A DNA stretch of 62,798 nucleotides, filler included, from Chiloscyllium plagiosum (lineage: Eukaryota), in assembly GCF_004010195.1 (NCBI RefSeq). It is 4 parts of one record of this genome, joined end to end, with 100 filler letters (N's around TTAATTAATTAA, not from the genome) between each part and the next. Parts side by side here need not be neighbours in the genome. Positions count along the whole stretch, not along the records: positions 37,626 to 56,945 come from NC_057712.1; positions 57,046 to 62,798 come from NC_057712.1; 2 more parts are not named here. One strand, 5' to 3'. A program made the translations under genes and the position numbers. Each line of letters begins with the position of its first letter. Position 1 is the stretch's first letter. The notes under the pieces were generated by a model. It saw only the letters and a list, made by a program, of their open reading frames with translations. It did not search any database and was not told where the DNA came from. Below are positions 49,172 through 60,959 of this stretch, piece after piece.

Positions 49172-50009
49172 GTGAGATTGTGTGAAGAGTCTCTTTGCAG
49201 TGCTATAGAGTTTAAGCATAGGGAGGGAGAAAAGTCTCACTGGTGGCCACTTCATTGGCATATCTGAAACCTTCAACCATGAGACCATTAACATCTTCAA
49301 CTATTCTAATGCTGTTTTGGCTGAACTTCCAACATAAACCATTAAACGTAGAAAATAGGAGTGGGCCATTCATCTCTTCAGTGCTGCTCCCTCTATTCAA
49401 TATGATCACAGCTGATCACTCAACTCAGTACGCTGATCCAGCTTTCTCCCCATGTCCTCTGATCCTTTTAACCCTAAAAACAAATCTAACTCTTTGAAAA
49501 CGTTCACTGTTTGGCCTTGATCTAGAGAATCCACAGCTCATTGTGCTCTCGGTGAAGATATTTCTTCTCATCCCAGTCTCAAATGACCAACTTCAAATCT
49601 TTACACTGTGTCTCCTGGTTCTGTACTTACCAGTCACAGGAATATCCTTCCTGTATTTACATTGTCCAGTCCTGTTAGAATTTTATAAACACAGTTATAT
49701 GCTTTTTCCTGAAGTTTGATGCTTGCCCTAACTATTTTAGTTAACAACAAATAGTGGGTCCTTCCTTTAGAATTTTTTTTCTAGTAGGAATACGTTATCC
49801 TGAGTGTTCTGAAATATTCTCTGATAGGTCAGCCACAATGCCTCTATTCCGTTCTCTTTTCACTGATCCAGGCCATACTGGATTTGGTTCTGGGTAACGA
49901 ACCAGGCCAGGTGTTAGAATTAGAGGTAGGTGAGCACTTTGGGGATAGTGTAATTCAGGCTCTAGTTTATAATCTCAGCAAAAGCTGCTGAAACTTCAAA
50001 CACTTGATG

Positions 50010-50275
50010 CAGACACTGGGGTTCAAACCCCACTACATAACTCTGAATACAGATATTAGGCTGACAGTCCAATGAAATATTTGAGGGAAAGCTACCATGT
50101 TGGAGGTACTTTTTTTAAATTGAGGGGAAATACAGAAGCCCTGTGTATCTGCTCAGCTGGATGTAAAAAATCCCATGGGACTATTTTGATGAAGAATAAG
50201 GAAGTTTCCTTAGTGTCTGGTGTTTATCCTTCAGTTGACATTGACACAGTTCAGACCTCTGATCTAACTATTTGA
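50010..50275 (+). mobile_element. DeuSINE-like (SacSINE1/AmnSINE1-related) ancient SINE remnant
   Basis: B-box ggggttcaaacccc, then gctgacagtcca..tgaggga..ggaggt..ggatgtaaaaaatcccatggga.tatttt..gaagaa..gtgtctgg, resembling the Deu domain as I recall it. Confidence 0.55.
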
Positions 50276-50677
50276 TTTTATTTTAGTACCTTACTTTCAG
50301 ATTTAAGAACAAAGTTTTTGCGAAATTCCATTTTGTTGTGGTCACTTTTCCCCAGGAGTTTCTTTGCTGTGAAATTATCCCTCTCATTACACAAAGCAAG
50401 ATTCTTTGTGGTTGGTTCCACAGCATATTGTTTTAAGAAACTGTGGAATATCTTGCTTATACTTTGTCTCCAATCTGATCTTTACAATTTGTTCAGTTCA
50501 GTCCATATGAAAGCGGTTATTATAGTGACTTTGTTACAAGCACCTCATTTTACCTGTCTTTGTGATATACCAAGAGCTATGATGGCTATTTGATCAAAGC
50601 CATTTCCTCTAGCTGTTGCATCAGTTCCTAGATCATGTTCTGAATGCTTTCATCTAAAGTACCTTTAATGTTAACTT

Positions 50678-51045
50678 ATAGAGTCATAGAAATGTACAGC
50701 ATGGAAATAGACCTTTTGATCCAACCCATCCATGCTGACCAGATATCCCAACCCAATCTAGTCCTGTGTCCTCTAGTTCTGGACTCCCCGACCCCAGGGA
50801 AAAGACTTTGCCTATTTACCCTATCCATGCCCCTCAGAATTTTGTAAACCTCTTTAAGGTCACCCCTCAGCCTCCGACGCTCCAGGGAAAACAGCCCCAG
50901 CCTGTACAGCCTCTCCGTATAGCTCAAATCCTCCAACCCTGGCAACATCCTTGTAAATCTTTTCTGAACCCTTTCAAGTTTCACAACATCTTTCCAATAG
51001 GAAGGAGACCAGAATTGCACACAATATTCCAACAGTGGCCTTACC
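50678..51045 (-). mobile_element. CR1 (HER1-like) 3' fragment
   Basis: VRPLLEYCVQFWSPSYWKDVVKLERVQKRFTRMLPGL..RRRLRGDL. Confidence 0.9.
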
Positions 51046-52137
51046 ATGTTTCAAAATTTGCTGCTGCAGTATTACTTTTGAATACTTTGTCACACTCTGC
51101 TTTACCCGAATCACTACAATCTCTGTTTTGAATTTTCTCTTTAGATTTCTCTGTACTGGAATCCTCCCCATGCCCTGTCTACAGGCCTGGTTATTCATGT
51201 CACCAGGAAACTACTCCCACTCAATAAACGTGGCACATCACCTGCATTGTCATCCATATCTTACTTTGTTTAATCTACTTAATTCATTGGTCAGTGATAG
51301 TGGTATACACTGGTATTAACAACATAGATTTAAAAAGGGGGTCTGGGGGTGGGGAAATTAGGTCCAAAAAGCAGAATATTTAGAGTTAGGAGCTACGTTT
51401 AAAAAGTAGAATCTCGAAGGTAATGATTTCAGGATTGCTACAGTGCCACATACTAGTCAGAGTAGGCTTAGCAGACTATACCAGATGAATACGTGGCTGG
51501 AAAGATGATGCAAGGGGGAGGGGTTTCAGATTTCTGGGACTATGGGATTAGTTCTAGGGGGCCAGTACAAGCTGGGCAGGACTGGAACTGATGTCCCAGG
51601 GAGATTATTTGCTAGACTGATTTTGGGGGATTAAATGAAAATGGCAAGGTGATGGGGACCTATACAGAAGACAGGGGATGGAAGTAAGGGCAAAAACAAA
51701 AGACAGAGTGGAAATAAGAAAAGGCAGAAAAATCAAGGGCATGAATTACACAGGGCCACAATACAAACTAATGCAAATAAGACGAAGAATGTTAAAAACA
51801 CCAGTCTTAAGGCCTGTTGTCTTAATGCAGGGAGCATTCATAATAAAGTGGATGAATTAAAAAGCCCACATAAACCGATATGATACAGTTGAGATTACTG
51901 TGGCTTCAGGGTGATGATGCAGGGGTGGGAACTGAACATCCATGGGTATACACTGTTTAGGTAGGACAGACAAAAAGATGGTGGTGGAATGGCACTGCCA
52001 TGATCACATTAAATGGTGGAGCAGGCTGGTTGGGTTGAATGTTCTATTTTTGATGACTCATTGATACATTTAATTAGCTAATAGATTTTAGTGTTTTTAG
52101 CCAAAAGCAGCAGCTGCTTCCCTCTCTGCATCAAATG

Positions 52138-52483
52138 GGGTGGCACGGTGGCTCAGTTGTTAGCACTGCTGCCTCATAGCGCCAGGGACTTCCGTTTGAT
52201 TCCAACTTCGGGGACTGGGCCTGTGTGGAGTTTGCACGTTCTCCCCGTGTCTGCGTGGGTTTCCGCTGGCTGTTTTGGTTTCCTTCCACATTCCAAAGAT
52301 GTGCAGATTAGGTGGATTGGCCATATTAAATTGCCCACAGTGTTCAGGGATGTGTAGATTAGTCATGGGAAATGCAGGGGTACAGGGGTAGGGTAGGGGA
52401 TGGGTCTGGGTGGGAAAATCTTCAGAGTGTTGGTGTGGATTTGTTGGGCCGAATGGCCAGTTTCCACACTGTGGGAATCCTAT
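52138..52483 (+). mobile_element. HE1-like V-SINE, nearly full length
   Basis: tRNA-like head (ggtggcacggtggctcagttgttagcactgctgcctc), V-domain (tgtggagtttgcacgttctccccgtgtctgcgtgggtttcc) and CR1-like tail. Confidence 0.88.
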
Positions 52484-52799
52484 ATCAACATAAATCCTAC
52501 TTTCACCAGCGGTACATTTTAAACTGTTTACGATCCTTCGCTTCCTTTATTCCTCACTTTGACATCACACTTTTTAATCATACCTCATGCTCACTGTAGT
52601 TAGTCTCGATTCAGAGAATCACTCACAGTTTACTGAAACTTAATAGCCACTGACACACTTATGCAAACTCATTTACAGTTTCTTTTACAGTTTGTGAAAT
52701 TCTAAGCGAAATTTAGAAAACTTGTTCTTTCAATGATACACCTACAATCACTAAGCAGAGAGCTCCACTTGCGCTAGGCTCCCCTTTTCACATTAAACA

Positions 52800-52932
52800 A
52801 CAAAACCTAAGAATTGCAGATGCTGGAAATCTAAAACAAAATCAGAAATTGCTGGCAAAGGTCAGCAGGTCTGGCAGCATCTGTGGAGAGAAAGTAGTTA
52901 ACGTTTTGGGTCCAGTGACCCTCCTTCAAAAT
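52800..52932 (-). mobile_element. Solo pLTR (second family) about 100 nt upstream of AARS2 exon 4
   Basis: aattgcagatgctggaaatct..cagcaggtctggcagcatctgtggagag; minus-strand ttttgaagga-gggtc-actg-gaccc-aaaacgtt is a degenerate hammerhead. Confidence 0.7.
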
Positions 52933-53026
52933 GTCTTGTGCTGAGGGGTAGGGAATGTGTGGGTCAAAGGTCCATCAGGGACATAGTGTGACAGATCCTA
53001 AGCATTGTTTTGTGTGTTTTTTAAAG

Positions 53027-53218
53027 TGTTCATCCTCACCGCTTACTTCCATTTGGTCTCGCACATAACTTCTGGGAGATGGGAGAGATGGGGCCCTGTG
53101 GACCATGCACCGAGATACACTATGACCACGGAGTAGGGGAAGGAGCAGCAGCACAAGTCAACACAGGCAATCCTCAACTAGTGGAAATCTGGAACCTGGT
53201 CTTCATGCAGTACAGCAG
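53027..53218 (+). CDS. AARS2: AARS2 exon 4
   Basis: ttaaag acceptor; [49 protein letters not shown](R); 192 nt; GTTAGT donor. Confidence 0.96.
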
Positions 53219-53344
53219 GTTAGTGTGGAGAGGCGTTATGAATTTCTGGCTGGGACATGGATTGGAGTGGGTTTGAGTTGGGTGGGGACTGTAGTATTGG
53301 GGAGATGGGGTGTTGTAGTATGATGGTGTCATTCCTAGATTGAT

Positions 53345-53717
53345 GGCACAGTGAAAGGAGAGTGCTATTCTGTATTGAACACTGCTGTATTTGCCTTTGG
53401 AGTCTTTACTGAGGACAGTGTAATGGGAGCTTTACTTTGTTTCTGATTCTGTTCTGTACCTGTCCTGGGAGTGTTTGCTGGGGATAGTGCAAAGTCAAAA
53501 GTCACATGATACCAGGTTATAGTCATGGTCTCGTGCGACTTCTAACCTTGTCCACCCCAGTCCAATACCAGCACCTCCACATTGGGGATAGTGCAGCAGA
53601 AGCTTTACTCTGATTCAGACCCCATGCTGGGACTGTATGGGGACAGTGTTGAGGGAGATATGTGTTCAGTTTGAGTATATTGGAGGCTTTACTTTCAGTT
53701 TAAAAGCGTAGAGGGAG
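53345..53717. repeat. Degenerate ~65-70-bp minisatellite, continuing at 54943-55080
   Basis: Recurrent gggacagtgta.agggagctttact.tgt.tct.a..c..tgctgt.cctgtcctgggagtgtttg units. Confidence 0.65.
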
Positions 53718-54942
53718 TGGGTTTTTAGAAGATTTGTAGCTCAGGTTGGGATTCTGGATGTAAGTTTGCTCACTGAGCTGGAAGGTTCGCTTCCAGACGT
53801 TTTGTCACCATACTAGGTAAAATCAGTGAGCTTCCAGTGAAGCACTGGTGTTAGTGACTTGCTTTCTATTTATGTGTTTAGGCTTCCTTGAGTTGGTGAC
53901 AACATTTACTGTGGTGATATCATTTCCTGTTCCTTTTCTCAGAGGGTGGTAAATGGTGTCCAAGTCTATGTGTTTGTTGACAGAGTTCCGGTTGGAATGC
54001 CATGCTTCTAGGAATACTCGTGCGTGTTTCTGTTTGGCTTTGTCCTAGGATAGATGTTTTGTCCCAGTCGAAGTGGTGTCCTTCCTCATTTGTATGTAAA
54101 GAAACTAGTAAGAGTGAGTCATGTCTTTTTATGGCTAGATGATCATTTATCATGGTGGCTAGTCTTCTGCCTGTTTGTCCAATGTAGTGTTTACTACAGT
54201 TCTTGCAAGGTATTTTGTAAATGACATTAGTCTTGCTTGCTGTCTGTATGGGGTCTTTCAAGTTCATTAGCTGCTGTTTTAGTGTGTTGGTGGGTTTGTG
54301 GGCTATCATGATACCAAGGGGTCTGAGTAGTCTGGCTGTCATTTCCGAGATGTCTTTGATGTAGGGGAGTGTGGTGAGGGTTTCTGGATGGGTTTTGTTT
54401 GCTTGTTTGGATTTGTTGTTGAGAAATTGGCAGACTGTGTTCATTGGGAATCCATTTTTGAATACGAAGCATAAGTGATTTTCCTCTGCTCTGCATAGTT
54501 CCTCTGTGCTGCAGTGTGTGGTGGCTCGTTGAAATAATGTTCTGATGCAGCTTCGTTTGTGGGTGTTGGAATAATTGCTTCTGTAGTTCAGTATTTGGTC
54601 TGTATGTGTTGTTTTCCCATAGGCACTGGTTTGAAGTTCCTCACTGGCTGTTCACTCCTCTGTGACATCTAGGAATAGCAGTTTGTTGCTTTCCTCTTTA
54701 GTGAATTTTATACCAGTAAGGGTATTATTGATGGCCTTGGACCCATTTGCCACTCTCTGAGAAAAAGAACAGGAAATTACATCAGCACAGTAGATGATGT
54801 CACTAACCCAAGGAAACCTAAATATATAAGTAGAAAGTGGGTCACTAACACCGGTGCTTCACCAGAGGCTCACTGATGATTTTACCTAATATGGAAACGT
54901 CTGAAAACGAACCTTACAGCTCTGTGAGCAAACTTCTATCCA
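53718..54942 (-). mobile_element. Penelope-like element of Poseidon type, 5'-truncated, with inverted pLTR
   Basis: TLPYIKDISEMTARLLRPLGI..NVIYKIPCKNCSKHYIGQTGRRL (GIY-YIG with no Cys linker). pLTR ~53725-53960 is mirrored at ~54743-54942. Direct repeat gtagagggag at 53708-53717 and 54943-54952. Confidence 0.9.
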
Positions 54943-55154
54943 GTAGAGGGAGCTTTACTTTTAGTTTAAAAATATAGAGGAAGCGTTTCTTTGCATTTAA
55001 CCCTCTACTCTCCCTGTCCTAGAAATGTTTGATGAGGACAGTGGGTAGAGTAAGCTTTTCTCTGTATCTAACGCTGGGCTGCACTTTCCTACTCAGCATA
55101 GGGAGAATGGTGGCAGTGTTGAGTCATCCTTATTAGTATTTTTTTCTCCTGTAG

Positions 55155-55299
55155 GGAGGCTGATGGCAGTCTTCAGTCCCTACCACAGCATAGTGTTGAC
55201 ACCGGCATGGGACTTGAGCGATTAGTTGCGGTTCTGCAAGGGAAAGAATCCAATTACGACACTGACCTCTTCACTCCCATTCTAGATGCCATTCACAGG
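55155..55299 (+). CDS. AARS2: AARS2 exon 5 (class II motif 3)
   Basis: cctgtag acceptor; [48 protein letters not shown]; 145 nt; GTAAGA donor. Confidence 0.97.
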
Positions 55300-55478
55300 G
55301 TAAGAATGAGTGCTGCCACCTCCATTGCTGGGCATGGGGTATTTCTGAGATGGTGGATGGGATGGTTTAGAATGGACTGCACACTATTCCTGAGAAGTTG
55401 GGTTACCTCCAGTACCAGTGAAGCTGGTATGTTGAAAAAGTTTACCTTTGGTACTATCTGGTTTGGATGTTTTTTCAG

Positions 55479-55624
55479 GGAACGAAAGCTCCTCCATACC
55501 GAGGTTTGGTGGGTGACATGGATCCTGACATGGTGGACAGGGCTTATCGTGTGCTGGCTGATCATATCCGTGCTCTCACTGTCTGCATTGCTGACGGCCT
55601 CTATCCAGGAATGACTGGAGCTGC
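55479..55624 (+). CDS. AARS2: AARS2 exon 6
   Basis: tttcag acceptor; [48 protein letters not shown](A); 146 nt; GTGAGT donor. Confidence 0.96.
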
Positions 55625-56008
55625 GTGAGTTCTTCCAGTTGAACTGCACCTTGTAGATAATGTGTGACTGGAACAAGGAGAAGGGAGGCTGCACTGTGAG
55701 GGGAGTTTGCTTGCTAAGGGGAAGAATCTTTGACATGGAACCAATGGAATTGATGCAGGGCTGTCCTAAGAAATGTAGGGAAGTATTGCTGGGGGCACTG
55801 GGATACTGAGGTGGCAGTCATTGCAGAAGAGCTGTTACCATTTTGAGGGGGGTAGGTTTTTGCTTATCGGGGGAAGGCTGTCAAGTGGACATTAGCAAGG
55901 TATAGGGAGGGGGTGTGGTAGAGAAAGTAGAGGTTGCAGTTTAGGGATTGCATCTTCTCTAATTGGAGCCTGTATGATGATGCTGATGGATTTATTGTTG
56001 GTTCCCAG

Positions 56009-56117
56009 GCTGGTTTTACGTCGAATTCTCCGCCGAGCTGTGAGGTTTTCTGCAGAGGTTTTGCGGGCCCCTTCTGGCTTTCTGGCAGGTTTGGTGCCAA
56101 CTGTCGTAGAGATTCTG
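56009..56117 (+). CDS. AARS2: AARS2 exon 7
   Basis: ttcccag acceptor; [36 protein letters not shown]; 109 nt; GTGAGA donor. Exons 1-7 total 1155 nt (385 codons) in frame. Confidence 0.96.
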
Positions 56118-56945
56118 GTGAGAATGTTGTCGATCTGTGTGCAGGGGGGAGGTGCTGAATTAACAAGCGAAGGCAGAGAAAACCTGCATAATGATCAATC
56201 TGACCTTTCTGTGAGGGTGTTCTGTGTCAGGGAAATGAGCAAGTCAATGTTGCTTAAAGTCGAGTCACCAAACATTGTCTGTTAAGGTGGGATATTGATA
56301 AATCTCCAGAGAATTGAAGGGACAAAAACCTCAGTCATTGTCTTCTTCTGGTTCAATGTCCCAATTCCCACCAATCTCAAAGGGCACACTGAATGCATTG
56401 TGGTTCTATCACATCTTTACCCCTGCACCCCACAAACATACCTCCACAAACAAAACGTGCATCTGACCAAACTGCTGCTTATCTGATCTAATGTAGCCTT
56501 TCATGCTCAGTGTCCAATTTTGTTTAAATCTCCCAGAAATCGTCCTGTGAAGTTTGAAATTACATTAACTGCAGAAACATGTATTATTGTTCAGGAACTG
56601 GGAAGTGGTGTGTTGGGGCTGAAGAACGTGGGGGTGTGAGATATGCGAGGGGACAAGAACACGGTGAGAAAATGGGCAAACAGGCAGGGAAAGACTCCAG
56701 ATTAATACAGGCATGGTGCAGGTACCAATCTAACTAGAAGGGAAAGCGAAAGTGACAGGGAGTATGGAGTCAAATGGAAAGATAAGCGGCAGGATAGCAT
56801 ATGTGCAGGCAGATTTAAACTTGAGACAGACTGGGAATGCAGCAAAAAGGAAGGATAACTTAGGACATCTTATGACTTCCAATATCTCTAATAAGAAAGT
56901 TAGCATTATTAAGGCACTTTACCTGAATGCTCGTAGCATTCATAA

Positions 56946-57045
56946 NNNNNNNNNNNNNNNNNNNNNNNNNNNNNNNNNNNNNNNNNNNNTTAATTAATTA
57001 ANNNNNNNNNNNNNNNNNNNNNNNNNNNNNNNNNNNNNNNNNNNN
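56946..57045. other. Assembly gap with artificial linker
   Basis: 44 N + TTAATTAATTAA (56990-57001) + 44 N. Flanked by a CR1 APE start (ALYLNARSIH) on the left and a CR1 3' tail on the right. Confidence 0.97.
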
Positions 57046-57171
57046 CGGGCATTGGATAGGCATATGGAGGATAGTGGGCTAGTGTAGGTTAGGTGGGCTT
57101 GGATCGGCGCAACATCGAGGGCCGAAGGGCCTGTACTGCGCTGTATTCTTCTATGTTCTATGTTCTATGTA

Positions 57172-58920
57172 ATTGCACCTCAGGTAAAAGAAGAAGGTAG
57201 ATAGGTTACTGTCAGGGCACAGAAAGGGAACCGGCAGGCAGTGCAGGGATCCCCTGTGGCCATTCCCCTGAACAACAAGTATACTGTGTTGGATACTGTT
57301 GGGGGAGACAACTTACCAGGGGTAAGAAATGGGGCAACAGGTCTCTGGCACAGAGTCTGTCCCTGTTGCTCAGAAGGTAAGGGGGAAGAGGAGCAGAGCA
57401 TTAGTCATTGGGGACTCCACAGTTCGGGGGACAGATAGGAGGTTCTGTGGGAATGAGAGAGACTTCCAGGTGCCAGGGTTTGTGATGTCTCTGATCGTAT
57501 TTTCGGGATCCTTGAGGGGGAGGGGGACCAGCTCCAAGTTGTGGTCCACCTAGGCACCAACGAAATAGGTAGGAAGAGAGATGAGGATTTAAGGCAGAAA
57601 TTCAGGGAGTTGGGTGGAAGCTCAGAGCTAGAACAAACAGAGTTGTTATCTCTGGTTTGTTGCTCGTGCCTCATGCTAGCGCAGCGAGGAATAGGGAGAG
57701 AGAGGAGTTGAACACGTGGCTACAAGGATAGTGCAGGAGGGAGGGTTTTGGATTTCTGGATAATTGGGGCTTTTTATGGGGTAGATGGGACTTCTATAAA
57801 CAGTTCCGTCTTCACCTGAACCAAAGGATGCCAATATCCTGGGGGGGAGGGGAGATTTGTTAATGCTCTTTGGGTGGGTTTAAACTGATTCAGCAGGAGG
57901 TTGGGAACCGAAATTGTAGTTTAAGTATACGGGAGGATGAGCATAGTGAAGTCAGATGAAAAATATTCATCCTAGAGTTCAGTTACTAATGGGATACCAC
58001 AAAGATCTGTTTTGGGTGCACTGTTGTTTGTTATTTATATAAATGACCTGGATGAGGGCATTGAAGGATGGGTTAGTAAATTTGCGGATGACACTAAGGT
58101 CGGTCAAGTTGTGGATAATGACGAAGAATGTTGCAGGTTACAGAGGGACGTAGATAAGATGTAGAGCAGGGCTGAGAGGTGGCAAATGGAGTTTCACTTT
58201 GGAAGGAGTAACAGGAATGCAGAGTACTGAGCTAATGGTAAGTTTCTTGTTAGTGTAGACAAGCAGGGGTATCTTGGTGCCCAGGTACATAGTTCCTTGA
58301 AAGTTGCCACCCAAGTTGATAGGGCTGTTAAGAAGGGATTGAGTTTCGGAACCATGAGATCATGCTGCAGTTGTACAAAACTCTGGTGCAACCAAATTTG
58401 TGTATTGCGTATAGTTCTGGACACCGCATTATTGGAAGCATGTTAAGTTTTGGAAAGGGTTCAATGGAGATTTACTAGGATGTTGTCTGGTATTGAGGGA
58501 AGGTCTTACGAGGAAAGGCTGCGGGACTTGAGGCTGTTTTTATTTGAGAAAAGGAGGTTGAGAGGCGACTTAATTAAGACATACAAGGTAATCAGAGGGT
58601 TAGATAGGTTGGACAGTGAGAGCTTTTTTTCTTGGATAGCGATGGCTCGCATGAGGGGACATAGCTTTAAATTGAGGGGTGATAGATATAGGTCAGATGT
58701 CAGAGGTAGTTTCTTTACTCAGAGAGTAGGAGGGGCATGAAATGCACTGCTTGCAATAGTAGTGGACTCGCCAACTTTAAGGGCATTTAAATAGTCATTT
58801 GATAGACACATGGACAGGAATGGAATCGAGTAGGTTAGAGGAGCTGCGGATTGGTTCCACAGGTCGGCGCAACATCGAGGGCTGGAAGGCCTGTACTGCG
58901 CTGTAATGTTCTATGTTCCA
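57172..58920 (+). mobile_element. CR1 LINE, ORF1 esterase remnant joined by deletion to the RT 3' half and tail
   Basis: RALVIGDSTVRGTDRRFCG, VHLGTNEIG; then INDLDEGIEGWVSKFADDTK and the C-terminus. Confidence 0.88.
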
Positions 58921-58924
58921 TGTT

Positions 58925-59795
58925 TTTATTGAAATCTAAATAGACTACGTCTACCGCACTGCCCTCGTTAACCTTCCTGGTCACTTTATCAAACAATTCT
59001 AATAAATATGTGAGGCATGATCTCCCACTCACAAAGCCAGAATGTCTACTCCTAATCAAACCCTGACTTCCCAAATGAATGTATATCTTGTCTCGCAGAA
59101 TCTTCTCAAGTAACGTACCTACCATAGATGTTAAGCTTACTGGTCTATAGTTGCCAGGCTTTTATTCGCAGCCCTTCTTGAATAATGGCCCAACATTCAC
59201 TACCCTTCAGTCTTCTGAACTTCACCTGTGGCTAACGATGATGCAAAAATATTGGCCAAGGTCCCCGCAATTTCTTCTCTATCCTCGTGCAGTGTTCTAG
59301 GATATATCTGGTCAGGACTAAGAGATTTATCCACCTTCATACATTCTAATATGTACACTGTACTCCTCTACTGTGATATGAACTGTCCCCAAAATATCAC
59401 CACTACTGTCCTCTAGTTCCCAAGTCTTCATGTCTTTCTGCATGGTAAACACAGAGGGAAAATATTCATTGAGGACCTCCCATCTCCACTGATTCTACAC
59501 ATTCTTGTCCACTTTGATCCTTGAGTAGCCCTATTCTCTCTCTAGTTACTCTTTTTCCTTTAATATACTTACAGACCTCTTTGGATTCACCTTAATCTTC
59601 TCGGCCAAGACTACTGCATGCCCCCTTTGTGCCTTCCTGTTTTCCTTCTTCAGTAAACCCCTGTATTCCCTGACGACCTCCAGGTACTTCCATGATCTCA
59701 GCTGCCTGTACCTGAGCCACCCCTCCTCCTTTTTCTCATCAAAGCCTCAATATCTCTTCCCTATTTCTGCCAATCTTGCCCTTCATCCTCACAGG
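58925..59795 (-). mobile_element. CR1 LINE ORF2 internal fragment
   Basis: VGTLLEKILRDKIY..GRSCLTYLLELF..AVDVVYLDF. Confidence 0.85.
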
Positions 59796-59799
59796 AATT

Positions 59800-60955
59800 T
59801 GCTGAGAGGTGCGAGGGAGGAGCGAAGGACTTCTGGGAAGTCATATATTTGTGTGGTTGTGTTACCTGAAACACTAATCGGATAGTGTCTCCCACCCATC
59901 CTCCCCCTCTAACCAAAAAAAAGGTTCTGTGCACCAGATTGGTGAGGTAACGAGTTTATTTTTTATTCCTTATTTTTCAACAGTCTTTTTGGGAATTTAG
60001 AATCGTGGGAATGGAGGTGAGGGCAGTGGAATGTTCCTCCTGCAGAATGTGGGAGGTAAGAGTCACCACTAGTATCCCTGCTGACTGCATCTGCGGGAAG
60101 TGCACCCAACGCCAGCTCCTCGAAAACCGCGTTAAGGAACTGGAGCTAGAGCTGGATGAACTGCGGATCATTCGGGAGGCAGACGGGGTTATTGAGAGGA
60201 GTTACAGGGAGTTAGTCACTCCTCAGGTACAAGAAAAAGGCAGATGGGTTACAGTCAGGGGACGGAAAGGGAACCGGCAGGCAGTGCAGGGATCCCNNNN
60301 NNNNNNNNNNNNNNNNNNNNNNNNNNNNTAGGAGGTTCTGTAGGGACGAGAGAGAGAGACTCACGGTTGGTGTGTTGCCTCCCAGGTGCCAGGGTACGTG
60401 ATGTCTCTGATCGTGTTTTTGGGATCCTTAAGGGGAAGGGGGAGAAGCACCAAGATGTGGTCCACATTGGCACCAACGACATAGGTAGGAAGAGAGGTGG
60501 GGATTTAAGGCAGAAATTCAGGGAGTGAGGGTGGAAGATTAGAACTAGGACAAACAGAGTTGTTGTCTCTGGTTTGTTGTTCGTGCCACGTGCTAGTGAG
60601 GCGAGGAATAGGGAGAGAGAGGAGTTGAAAATGTGGCTACAGGGATGGTGCAGGAGGGAGGGTTTCGGGCTTTTGGATAATTGGGGCTCTTTCTGGCGTA
60701 GGTGGGACCTCTACAAACAGAATGGTCTTCACCTGAACCAGAGGGGTACCAATACCCAGGGGGGGAAATTCGCTAAGGCTATTGGGGTGGATTTAAATTA
60801 ATCCAGCTGGGGGATGGGAACCAAAATTGTAGTTCGAGTATAGGAAAGGTTGAGAGTAGGGAGGTCCAAAATCAAGTTTCAGGGATGCAAGATGGCACCG
60901 GCAAGCAAGAAGTTGGTTTGAACTGTGTCTACTTCAACGCCAGGAGCATCCGGGA
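59800..60955 (+). mobile_element. CR1 LINE 5' part (5' UTR, ORF1, start of ORF2)
   Basis: MEVRAVECSSCRMW..CICGKCTQRQLLENRVKELELELDEL, VCCLPGARVRDV..HIGTND, GLHLN, then CVYFNARSIR. Confidence 0.9.
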
Positions 60956-60959
60956 AGAA

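Noticed and set aside
52138..52215. tRNA gene (also 19780-19850 and 17210-17283)
   Set aside because: tRNA-like A/B boxes run into the V-domain and LINE tail of a SINE; no intact cloverleaf or pol III terminator.
55207..55614. 135-aa ORF and the 147-aa antisense ORF (55293-55736) as separate genes
   Set aside because: Read-through of exon 5 into a 179-nt intron, and its shadow frame.
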